From positions 1-24,020 of IMG/VR virus record IMGVR_UViG_3300037524_000251: 24,020 bases of DNA; one strand, written 5' to 3'. The notes beneath the pieces were generated by a model. That model did not search any database. It worked only from the letters and a program-made list of their open reading frames with translations, and was not told where the DNA came from. Origin of the DNA: a virus (lineage: Duplodnaviria; Caudoviricetes). Both the position numbers and the translations under genes were made by a program. Shown here one piece after another: positions 1-8,271 of this stretch. Within the stretch, counting starts at the first letter, position 1, and the number at the start of each line of letters is the position of its first letter.

Positions 1-3000
1 AGGCGGGGGAAGCTCTTCATCTTCCTTTTGGATCGCCTCGCGCTCGGCGGCTCCCTCTTGCTTCGCCTGCTCCTCTTGCGCCATCTCCTGCTCGTAGAAC
101 TTGTCCATCTGGCGCTGCTCACGCTCGTCGCGCTCGTACGCAAGCTGCTCCTCAGACTTAAGGCTGTCCTCTGGCAAGCTGCCCCACGGGGCGCGGAGAG
201 CATCAACCACATCGCTGGTGGTCGCTCCTTCAGGGAGCAGCCCTGACGTAAGAGCGTCCTCTACTGTGACTCCTCCGTCGCTGAGGTTCCCCTTGTACTT
301 CGTCGCTCCGGTAGCCCACCCAGGCTTTAGGAACGACTTGTGGATACCCATGCCCTCTCGACCAAACACCTCTTCCTGACCTACTGCCTTGGCGTTGCGT
401 CCCTTTCCCTTTACCGTGAGGTTTCCAACAATCGCCGACGGGACAATCCCGCCGCGATCCTTGACCCATGAACGCAACGTCTGTGCCTGCTCAAACAGCT
501 TGCGTCCGACGATGTTGTGCCGCACGCCAAGCCGCTTCTCAGCTCTGCGGATGGCGCTGCGAACAGTCGGACTCTGCATCTGCTCCTTGGTAGCAACGGC
601 AATGGCACTCTCAATCGCTCCCTTGTTGCGCGCCCCGGCGATCTGATCTGCAATCACCGTGGTCGCCACCTTCGGACGCTCCTTCGGCGCGGCCGGAACA
701 GCCAGCGGAGCCGCCGGAGTTGCCTTCACGCCAGCTTGGATCTGAGCGATCCTATTGGCGACGATTTTCCTTAGACTCTTCCTGCGGCGCTGGTCAGCAG
801 TAGCAACCGACAGCGCCCTGGTGATCTCCTCGTTCGTGTTTGCATTTTGAACCATGTTGGCGATATGCGCCATCGTGGTGGACTTGAGCTGAGCAGGCTC
901 CGCCGCAAGCGGAGCAGCAGCCTCTTGCACAATCTGCTCTGGCGTGGGAGCTGGCGGGAGCTTGCGGCGCGGCGCCCCAAGCATCGGGATCGGATCGGCC
1001 TCAGCAGCCTCTTCTGCTGACTGCTTCGCGGCGCCTGTAGCGCCCTTCTGGCCCTTAAGGACCGGCAAGCCCTTCGGCGCGCGCGCGAATGCTGCCTGCT
1101 GCTCAGCGTCCTGAAGTACCACGAACGTCTTTTTGACAATGTCGTCCGGCACAGCCGACGGCTCGACCTCCATGTGAACGGCAAGCCCGTTACGGACGAT
1201 CTCAAGACGCTCTTCAGGAGACAGCGTCTTGTTGAACTCCTTCATGACCTTGGCGACACGCTGGGCCTTGGCATGCTGCTGAGTATCAGGAACCTCAGAA
1301 GGCATAGCGGTCGCAGAAGGCTTCAGCCCAAACCCAGCGGCCACCTCCTGCTGGCGCTCATCCCGAAGAACTGCTGCCGCAGCAGCTTGGCTCGCGTCAG
1401 ACTCTGCCCGCTTGCGAGAGCGATACTCGTCAGCAGCGGCAGAGAACGCCTTCATCGTCTCATCGAGCTGCTTCATGCGCTCGTTCTTGGACTTCTTCGG
1501 CTCAACCGGGCGAACCCGATTGACCTCTTCTGCCATCTGGTCATACATGGAGATAACGTCATCAGAACTCAGCGTCTGAGCCGCCGCCCCGCGCCTGCGA
1601 GCGGTGACTTCACGGGCAATGCCAAACTTCTCCTGCTGCGTCTTCGCTTCCCTAAACCGCTTCAAATCGGCGTTGTACTGCATGCCTTCAGCATGCTGCT
1701 GCTCACGCTCGTCGATGGTAATTCCCTTGGTAGCCTTGCCAGCCATTGACTCGCGCAGCTTGTCCAAAACAGTGATGATGTGGCTATCAGCATGGCCCAT
1801 CTTTGACAGCGTGTTCTTCAGCTCGTCAATCTGCTCGACTGACGAGATTTCGCCATTCTTGATAGCCCGCTGGACGTTGCGTGACACGTCGCGGTACTCG
1901 TCAGGCGCAGCAGCGAAGTCCTGAAAGGTCCGCTGCGTCGGCTGCGGCGCGCTCGGCATGCTGTCAATCGGATGCGTCGTTTCCTTGATGTACTTGCGCG
2001 CCCGATCAATCGCAGCCTTGAGCTTGTTTGTGCTGTTGGCGCCCACGAACCCCATCTGCTCAGCAGCCTTGACGACCTCTTCAAGCCGCTTCTCGTCCCG
2101 CTCGTACCCAGCTTGATCGACCAGCTCAACCAGCTTGGCCTCTGTCAGTCTTGGCGGTCGAACAGTTCCTTGGGGCTGAGTCCCTTCTTGCGGCGCTTGC
2201 GCTCCGGCAGCTTCTCCTGGGACTGGCCCTGGACGTACTCCTTCGCCTCCCGGCGGGATAGCCCCTTCGGCCCCGACTTCCACCCGTGGGCCACCGCCTG
2301 CATCAGTCGGAACTGCGCCTTGCTGTTGGCTGGCATTGCCGACTCCGTTCATGAGGTTCACAGCGTTGTTGATCTGCTCAACCTGCTCAGGCGTCAGCAG
2401 CCCGGTGTCGCCCATCAGCTCTTGGACGGACACCTTGCGCTGCTTGGCGCCCTCCTTAATCGTGTTCACATCCTGATGAATGGACGCGGCTCCAGCGAGC
2501 GGGCCAAGGAACATCGCCAGCGGACCCATCGTTGCCGCTGTTTCCTTGTACTCTGCAATCGCCTCTGGAGACGTAAGGTCTTTGTCTTGGCCAAGGCGCT
2601 CAAGCCCAGTCTGACCGATCTCCTGTGGCACCTCAGAAGCCAGCGTGCCTAGTGTGGCCTTGGCAACCCGGCCAGCGCCCATTCCAGCCTTGATTCCACG
2701 CGCGGCCGTGCGCAGCATCTCGGTGGTGATCTGCCCACCAGACTTCACCAGCTTTGCTGCCCAGTATCCAGGCGTAACCGCATCGAGCGCCCCGGCGGCA
2801 GCTCCGTAGCCGATCTCCTTAGACGGGTCAGTCTCCAGCCCCTCAGCAATGCGCCCCTGCCGAATTGAGCCAACTTCCTGCGGCGCAGACATGGCCCATG
2901 CGCCAGCCATACTCGCCAGAGCCTTGGCGAGCGGAACCACCTTGCCCTCGGCGTCGAGTACCTTCCCTGCCTTTGCCAGCCTAAGAATAATGCCGCCAGC

Positions 3001-3621
3001 CTTCATTGCGTTTCCAGCAAGACTGGCAACCTTCGCGGCAGCAGCAGAGGGAAGGACAAGGTTCGGCAAGGTTTCTGCCACGTTCGTCATGGCAGCGGCG
3101 GCAGACGGCCAGAAGCCCTCTGCCTCATTGAAAGTAGGCATCTCGCGCGGGGCGATCCGCTCGCCAAGCCGAGTGAGGCCACCGCCCCATTCGTCCAGCT
3201 TTTGCTGAACGGGATTCTTGCCACCTACTCCCTCCATGACAGACGCCACGGAGGACAGCATATCGCCAGGAAGACGAGCCGTCCCGCGAACGAATCCCTT
3301 GGCCATCTCCAGCGGGAAGTCTGCATTCTCGTACGACCGCTGCGGCTGCTGCGGTTGAGGTAAAGAGGGCGCACCCGCCGCGCCGGAGGGGGGCTGCGTG
3401 GCAGGAAGTGGCGACGCGGGAGGAGGTGTCCCAGCAGCAAGCGTCGGCGGGGCGCCCAACAGCTCTTGTCTCAGTTCGTTCTTGGATTCATCAGAGAGCG
3501 TAGCCCACGTTGGGCTATCTGAGGCCATTGCCTCGTCAATGAGTTCGCGCTTGCTCTCTTCAGACAGCCCCTGAAACGCGGCGCTTGCCAGCAGCCGCTG
3601 AATCTTTGTCTGCTCAGGCAT
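1..3621 (-). CDS. Giant internal virion/ejection protein (large polyvalent protein-like), 3'-truncated by the window edge, at least 1207 aa
   Basis: Not in the ORF track because it has no stop in the window. Translated by hand: ATG at 3621 preceded by AGGAGG, and no in-frame stop down to position 1 (MPEQTKIQRLLASAAFQGLSEESKRELIDE...SEVPQEIGQTGLERLGQDKDLTSPEAIAEYKETAATMGPLAMFLGPLAGAAS...TLRSWVKDRGGIVPS...EAIQKEDEELPPP). Ala/Gly-rich hydrophobic N-terminal region, then charged helical blocks and Pro-rich linkers. Last gene of the ejection cluster. Confidence 0.85.
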   Translation of the reverse strand, partial: MPEQTKIQRLLASAAFQGLSEESKRELIDEAMASDSPTWATLSDESKNELRQELLGAPPTLAAGTPPPASPLPATQPPSGAAGAPSLPQPQQPQRSYENADFPLEMAKGFVRGTARLPGDMLSSVASVMEGVGGKNPVQQKLDEWGGGLTRLGERIAPREMPTFNEAEGFWPSAAAAMTNVAETLPNLVLPSAAAAKVASLAGNAMKAGGIILRLAKAGKVLDAEGKVVPLAKALASMAGAWAMSAPQEVGSIRQGRIAEGLETDPSKEIGYGAAAGALDAVTPGYWAAKLVKSGGQITTEMLRTAARGIKAGMGAGRVAKATLGTLASEVPQEIGQTGLERLGQDKDLTSPEAIAEYKETAATMGPLAMFLGPLAGAASIHQDVNTIKEGAKQRKVSVQELMGDTGLLTPEQVEQINNAVNLMNGVGNASQQQGAVPTDAGGGPRVEVGAEGAIPPGGEGVRPGPVPGEAAGAQAPQEGTQPQGTVRPPRLTEAKLVELVDQAGYERDEKRLEEVVKAAEQMGFVGANSTNKLKAAIDRARKYIKETTHPIDSMPSAPQPTQRTFQDFAAAPDEYRDVSRNVQRAIKNGEISSVEQIDELKNTLSKMGHADSHIITVLDKLRESMAGKATKGITIDEREQQHAEGMQYNADLKRFREAKTQQEKFGIAREVTARRRGAAAQTLSSDDVISMYDQMAEEVNRVRPVEPKKSKNERMKQLDETMKAFSAAADEYRSRKRAESDASQAAAAAVLRDERQQEVAAGFGLKPSATAMPSEVPDTQQHAKAQRVAKVMKEFNKTLSPEERLEIVRNGLAVHMEVEPSAVPDDIVKKTFVVLQDAEQQAAFARAPKGLPVLKGQKGATGAAKQSAEEAAEADPIPMLGAPRRKLPPAPTPEQIVQEAAAPLAAEPAQLKSTTMAHIANMVQNANTNEEITRALSVATADQRRRKSLRKIVANRIAQIQAGVKATPAAPLAVPAAPKERPKVATTVIADQIAGARNKGAIESAIAVATKEQMQSPTVRSAIRRAEKRLGVRHNIVGRKLFEQAQTLRSWVKDRGGIVPSAIVGNLTVKGKGRNAKAVGQEEVFGREGMGIHKSFLKPGWATGATKYKGNLSDGGVTVEDALTSGLLPEGATTSDVVDALRAPWGSLPEDSLKSEEQLAYERDEREQRQMDKFYEQEMAQEEQAKQEGAAEREAIQKEDEELPPP
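2145..2336 (-). CDS. Small basic protein (MPANSKAQFRLMQAVAHG...), nested in the +1 frame of the giant internal protein gene
   Basis: ATG with GGAG 6 nt upstream. 57 of 63 codons end in G/C (hand count), while the host frame over the same bases is rich in A/T-ending codons and encodes a Gly/Pro/Ala/Gln linker. The N-terminus resembles small phage proteins of the MP-x-x-S-K-A-Q-x-R-x-M pattern (from recall). Confidence 0.8.
   Translation of the reverse strand: MPANSKAQFRLMQAVAHGWKSGPKGLSRREAKEYVQGQSQEKLPERKRRKKGLSPKELFDRQD
2343..2346 (-). promoter_or_regulatory. Shine-Dalgarno site (GGAG) of the nested gene
   Basis: Minus strand reads AAC-GGAG-TCGGCA-ATG-CCA, a 6-nt spacer. Confidence 0.6.
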
Positions 3622-3629
3622 GCGCCCTC

Positions 3630-4772
3630 CTAAAGACCGGCCTCGCGCCTAGCGCGTCGCTTTTTCTCTTCTTCGCTGCCCTCTTCGGCTCCGACGCGAT
3701 CCCACGCCCTCTTTGTTCCAGCGTCTTGAGCAATCGCGCTTGGCACCCCAGGCTGTCGCGGGCCTTCTCCGCGATCAACGGCAAGAGCGCCACGCTCCTT
3801 GATCAGAGCCTCTTCCTTTAGAAGCCTATACGCAGCTATGTCATTCTTCAGGTCGTTAATCTGCTCATCAATTTGAGCTGTATCTGCCACTGATCCGTAC
3901 AACTCAGCGTTTCTAACCTCTGTTTGCCTTCTGATAATCATAGAGTTGTACATTGACTGTTTCTTGCTGATGATGTTTTCGATCCCGCCCACCGTAAGAT
4001 TCTTAACGTCTCCAATCGCATCCGTTTTCGCATCAGTAGCGGCAGCGAGCGAGCCGTACCGACGCTCCTGGGCGGCAGACGTATCAGCCTGCTGTTTCAC
4101 GAGCCTGGTTTGTGCCGCCAAATGCTCCTGTCTAGCAGCAAGCGCCTCTGGGCTAGAGTCAGCCTCAAGAACTCGCTGCTGTAGCTCCTCATTGCGCAGC
4201 TTCGCTGCATTTACTTCAAAGTCGTACTTCAGGGCACGCCGCTTCATAGGGTTGATTTCGTCGTTCAGGGCGTTCGTAGCAGCCGTCGTGATGGCGCTGG
4301 CGCGATCCGGGTCATCGCTCATGCTTGCAAGTAGAGCAGCGTTCTCAAGCTGATCCGCGTAGGACATTCTCGCCTGCGAGTCAGCGCCTCTAGAGAACTC
4401 GTCAAACTCGCTCTGCTGCGGCCCGACCGCGTTGAGAGAAGCATCATTGCGAACCTTCGCTGCGCGTTCTCTCAGGCCGTTGGCGTAGTCAGCCATCTGC
4501 TTCTTCTTGGCAATGCTCTCGCTGACCTCAAAAGCCTCTCTCGCCATTCGCGTGCGCAACACATCCTGAAGCCGCTTGTTATCCTGATTCTGGTTGTAGA
4601 TCCCGGCCCCGAGCGCGACGCCGCGCCCAAGTCCTGGCGTGGCTGCGCCCACAACCCCGGCCATGATCGGGGCAATCATGTCCCACGGCGACTTCTTCGG
4701 CTGCTGCGCCTGCATCTGCTGCTGTAGCATCGCCAGATACTGCTGCTGGAAGTCGTCGTAGTTACTGGCCAT
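3630..4772 (-). CDS. Internal virion/ejection protein, 380 aa
   Basis: Gln-rich N-terminus, one Gly/Ala-rich hydrophobic segment (IAPIMAGVVGAATPGLGRGVALGAGIY), then long coiled-coil-like helices. Lies in the ejection cluster and overlaps the upstream gene's end. Confidence 0.7.
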   Translation of the reverse strand: MASNYDDFQQQYLAMLQQQMQAQQPKKSPWDMIAPIMAGVVGAATPGLGRGVALGAGIYNQNQDNKRLQDVLRTRMAREAFEVSESIAKKKQMADYANGLRERAAKVRNDASLNAVGPQQSEFDEFSRGADSQARMSYADQLENAALLASMSDDPDRASAITTAATNALNDEINPMKRRALKYDFEVNAAKLRNEELQQRVLEADSSPEALAARQEHLAAQTRLVKQQADTSAAQERRYGSLAAATDAKTDAIGDVKNLTVGGIENIISKKQSMYNSMIIRRQTEVRNAELYGSVADTAQIDEQINDLKNDIAAYRLLKEEALIKERGALAVDRGEGPRQPGVPSAIAQDAGTKRAWDRVGAEEGSEEEKKRRARREAGL

Positions 4773-5487
4773 ATCGGCGCCTCCACAAGATGTCCTGAAG
4801 CGTAGTCTGCTGCTGCATCGGCTGCGGCCTGAACTGCTGCGCGCGAGCCATCATCTGCTCGTTCATGGCCTGCTGCTGGGCAGCGCGCTGCTGCGCGGCC
4901 TGAGCGATGCCCATGCCCATCTCGGCGCCCGTTTGGATGTTGCCCATGTTCCGCTGTGCCCAGCTCGGCTGCTGCTGTTGTACAGGCCCGGTCGCCATCA
5001 GCTCGATCTGCTTCCTGTCTGCCGCGTCGGCAGCAAGGTCCGTCTCGACAGCGTTCCGCTGCGCCTTCGCCTGCGCCGTGTTCTCAAGACCGAGCGTGAA
5101 TTCCTTCTTCTCAGATTCCATGTCGCCAAGGCCGAACTGCTTGACCTTTGAAGCCTCAGCCGGGTCGTCCCACATCTCTGGAGGGTCAGACTTCTCCTTG
5201 AAACCGAACGCTTCCTGATACCCACCCTTGAGCGCGTCTCTCAGGTAGCGCTTGTTTTGAAACACGGACTCCTGCTGGGCGTTATTCATCCCAGCCATCT
5301 CAGCTTCAAACGGCTGCTGAGCCTTGTCGGCGGCAGACTGTGCAGCCTGCCGCCTGCCCTCTTTCGCCTGCTTCATCTGTTGCAAGGCACTAAGAACCAA
5401 GCCGCCTACGCCGAGCGCGATCTGCACCCACCCAAAGACCAGCATTGCGAGCAGCGGGTGCCCTGGAAAGTCTGGCGCGACAATCAT
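4762..5487 (-). CDS. Internal virion/ejection protein, 241 aa
   Basis: Strong SD (AAGGAGG). Hydrophobic N-terminus (WVQIALGVGGLVLSALQQ) followed by AQ-rich helices, as in small pilot-type ejection proteins. Confidence 0.7.
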   Translation of the reverse strand: MIVAPDFPGHPLLAMLVFGWVQIALGVGGLVLSALQQMKQAKEGRRQAAQSAADKAQQPFEAEMAGMNNAQQESVFQNKRYLRDALKGGYQEAFGFKEKSDPPEMWDDPAEASKVKQFGLGDMESEKKEFTLGLENTAQAKAQRNAVETDLAADAADRKQIELMATGPVQQQQPSWAQRNMGNIQTGAEMGMGIAQAAQQRAAQQQAMNEQMMARAQQFRPQPMQQQTTLQDILWRRRYGQ

Positions 5488-5497
5488 GTCACCCTCC

Positions 5498-8263
5498 TTA
5501 CTTGAACAGCCCGCCGCCGCTCGTCTTCGATCCGATCATTGAGTTTGCGCCACCAAGCGGACCCATAAGCGATCCGATCCCGGCCTGCCTGAACCAGTCA
5601 AGCTCGTTCTTGGCAGCGTCGGAACCCTGCTGCGCGATCTCTCTGTTTCCTGCACCATATCCCTGAAGACCGCTCATGAAGTCCTGCGTGCGGCCGTACT
5701 CATTCTGCCCAGACTGCATGTTCGTGCCGATCTGAGTCTGGCGAGCGCCCATGAGACGGCTGAGAGCATCCGTCGCAGCGCCGCGATTCGCCTCACCCAT
5801 GCCGAACATGTTTTGGAACGCCTGATCTTCGCGACCAGAAACGGTGCTCCCCATCCGCTCCTGAAGATTGGCCAGGTCGCCGGAGACGCCGTACTGGAAC
5901 TGGCGGTTCCCCTCGGCAATGCCCTGCTGGTTCTGCATCTGCTGATTCAGCGCGTCGTAGAACGAACCGGCACGGCTCATGTCCATGCCAGCGCCCTGAT
6001 TGAAGTTTCCAGCCTGCCCCTGAAGCGCAGCAATCAGCCTATCTGCGCCCTGCCCCTGACGGCCGAACTCCGACTCCTGAAGGCCGCGCATCCAGTCCAT
6101 GCCCTCACCGGCCCTGCCGGACTGCGCGCCGGAGATGTTCAGCAGCCCGCCGAGCTGCGAGTTGCGGGCATCCTGACCGCGATTGAGAGCGTTCTCCTCG
6201 CGGGTGAGGTTGGACGACTCCATGTCCCACTGCGACTGGATCGACTGAAGCTCACGCGCCTTCTGCGACTCGGACAGATCCCTACGGTTCTTGATCTCAT
6301 CCTGAAGCGCCTGATACTTCTGGCCAAGCGCGGCCTGCTGACGCTGCGTGTTGGCCTCTGACGCCTGAAGCCCAAGGCTCCCACCAGTCGCAGCCCTATT
6401 GACGCCCTGCTGTGCGGCTTGCAGGTACGTGTTGGCTGCGGAGTTGGCGCCCTCCATCTGACGACCAATCCCGCGCTCCTGAAGGCCGATCTCCTCCTGA
6501 ATGAGCGGGAGCATCATCTGCGCCTGCGCCTTGGCGAGCGCATCAGCCTTAGCAGACGACCTCCCAAGACCGGCCAAGTTCATCTGGTTTTCAATCTCAG
6601 GAGCCGTGGTCAGGTTGAAGGCTTCCAGCGCCGCGTTGATACGAGCGTTGTTCTTGAGGTCAAGCTCCGGCGCCTGCTTGGAAACGTCCATCTGCTGCTT
6701 GGCGAACTGAAGCGCCTGCTCCTCACGCGAAAAGCCGCGATTGAGCATCTGATCGACAAGGCCGTTCTTATTAGTTAGCCCGGCGCCATACTGGTTCGTG
6801 GCGTACTGACCACCAGCATCCTGCGCCTGACCCATCAACTTCTCTGCCTGTGTGTCCTGATACGTGTTCCCGCCGAACTTGCCCATCTTGCCGTACAGGT
6901 CGCCATACTGATCGGACGTTGGAACGTTCCCAGCTTGACCCATCTGGTTAATCACGTCCATTGCCTGACCTTCGGCTCCAGTCTGGCCCATGTACGCTTG
7001 ACGCTCCTGCTCAAACTGCGACATCTGGTCGCCAGACATGCCGATCTTCTGGCCTGCGGCATTGACGGCTTGGCCCATTGCCCCTTGACCCATCTGCTGA
7101 TTTAGCCACCCAGCAGACGCGAGGTTCCCAAGAGCGCTCGGATTTCCGTTGCCACCGAACATGTTGCCCATCATCTCAGCAATGCGCGGGTCATTCCTCA
7201 CGTCAGCGAAGCTGGAGGTCGGATCATCGAACTGGTTCTCGTACCACTGGCGCTTGCCGAGAGCGTTGCGCTCGTATTGGTTGGCACCACGGTTGCCCTG
7301 AAGGATGCCCTTGAGCGTTCCCTCGTACGGGTTGTTGGCAACCTGACCGGCCTCTCCAACCATATAGTCTGCATAGTCTACAGCGTTCGCCTCTCCGGTC
7401 GGCTGGTTCATCATCCCAGGCAGCAAGTCCCGATACAACTGCTCGTCAGCGTCCCTGCCGGGGACGTACTGCGGGTTCCAGCCAAGAATCGCCTGCGTCG
7501 GGTTGAACTGGCCAGGGGTGTAGTTATCATCAGCAGTTGGATCAAAGTGAGCAAAATCTCTATCCCTTGGGGTTCCTCCGCCTCCGCCACGCTCATAATA
7601 GTCTGGGTCGTTATTATCCCAATCTTCTGGGTCGCCGCTAAACCCACGACGCCAAGGCTGTTCAGCATCAGCATTCTGCATGTAAGCAGACGCTGGCATG
7701 TTCCCAGAGGTCATCCCGCCCTGAGACTTTGGAGTCCCGTTAGGGTTGATCTGCCCGCTTCCTGTATTCTGCGACCCAACGGGCGGCTTGATGACACGCG
7801 GCTTCCCAGGGATCATCGGCTCAGGCGGCACAGGAGGAAGAACCTCGCCGCCACCGCCCGGAGGAACGACGGGAGGATCTCCACCGCCCGGAGGAGGAAG
7901 CTCAGGCTCAGGAGGGTAGTCCACACCTCGCCTGCGAGGGCGCCTCACAGGCCCAGGATTCATCGTTCCGTCGCCGCCTGGGGGCGGATCTCCCCCGCCC
8001 GGCGGCGTTACCACACCGCCAATCCGCTGCCGTGGCGGTCGCGGTTGATACCCGCCGCCACCCCCGCCTCCGTTCCCGCCCCCGCCCTGCCCGCCGCCGG
8101 GCCGCAGGTGAGCGTACGGGTCAAAGTTGACCCCGTTTGGGTCAGGAACGCCCTGCCCCATCATGTAGTTCTGCATCCCACCAAGCAACCGAGCGGTGTT
8201 GGAGTACAGCCCGCTTAGCTCAGGAGGAATAGTCGGATTTGTAGTAGATCCACCGCCGCCCAT
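5498..8263 (-). CDS. Internal virion/DNA transfer protein, Gly/Gln/Met-rich, 921 aa
   Basis: Start reassigned to ATG 8263 (AGGAGGAGAC-ATG, MGGGGSTTNPTIPPEL). Pro/Gly-rich N-terminal region, long G/Q/A/M-rich helical body with the segment APEIENQMNLAGLGRSSAKADALAKAQ, and a Gly-rich C-terminus (GSKTSGGGLFK). Confidence 0.75.
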   Translation of the reverse strand: MGGGGSTTNPTIPPELSGLYSNTARLLGGMQNYMMGQGVPDPNGVNFDPYAHLRPGGGQGGGGNGGGGGGGYQPRPPRQRIGGVVTPPGGGDPPPGGDGTMNPGPVRRPRRRGVDYPPEPELPPPGGGDPPVVPPGGGGEVLPPVPPEPMIPGKPRVIKPPVGSQNTGSGQINPNGTPKSQGGMTSGNMPASAYMQNADAEQPWRRGFSGDPEDWDNNDPDYYERGGGGGTPRDRDFAHFDPTADDNYTPGQFNPTQAILGWNPQYVPGRDADEQLYRDLLPGMMNQPTGEANAVDYADYMVGEAGQVANNPYEGTLKGILQGNRGANQYERNALGKRQWYENQFDDPTSSFADVRNDPRIAEMMGNMFGGNGNPSALGNLASAGWLNQQMGQGAMGQAVNAAGQKIGMSGDQMSQFEQERQAYMGQTGAEGQAMDVINQMGQAGNVPTSDQYGDLYGKMGKFGGNTYQDTQAEKLMGQAQDAGGQYATNQYGAGLTNKNGLVDQMLNRGFSREEQALQFAKQQMDVSKQAPELDLKNNARINAALEAFNLTTAPEIENQMNLAGLGRSSAKADALAKAQAQMMLPLIQEEIGLQERGIGRQMEGANSAANTYLQAAQQGVNRAATGGSLGLQASEANTQRQQAALGQKYQALQDEIKNRRDLSESQKARELQSIQSQWDMESSNLTREENALNRGQDARNSQLGGLLNISGAQSGRAGEGMDWMRGLQESEFGRQGQGADRLIAALQGQAGNFNQGAGMDMSRAGSFYDALNQQMQNQQGIAEGNRQFQYGVSGDLANLQERMGSTVSGREDQAFQNMFGMGEANRGAATDALSRLMGARQTQIGTNMQSGQNEYGRTQDFMSGLQGYGAGNREIAQQGSDAAKNELDWFRQAGIGSLMGPLGGANSMIGSKTSGGGLFK
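7845..8100 (-). repeat. Imperfect PPGGG(D)PP protein repeats and poly-Gly tract
   Basis: PGGGQGGGGNGGGGGG, TPPGGGDPPPGGDG and LPPPGGGDPPVVPPGGGG within the 921-aa protein. Boundaries approximate. Confidence 0.7.
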
Positions 8264-8271
8264 GTCTCCTC

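Noticed and set aside
771-2129. Other alternative-frame minus-strand ORFs inside the giant gene (771-1205, 1818-2129)
   Set aside because: Arg/Ser-rich typical shifted-frame translations, and the host frame keeps ordinary protein-like sequence there.
7411-7674. Hydrophobic alternative-frame ORF (87 aa) inside the 921-aa gene
   Set aside because: The Ile/Leu/Met richness follows from shifting T-ending Asp/Asn/Tyr/Pro codons. No clear SD site or GC3 signature, unlike the 2145-2336 ORF.
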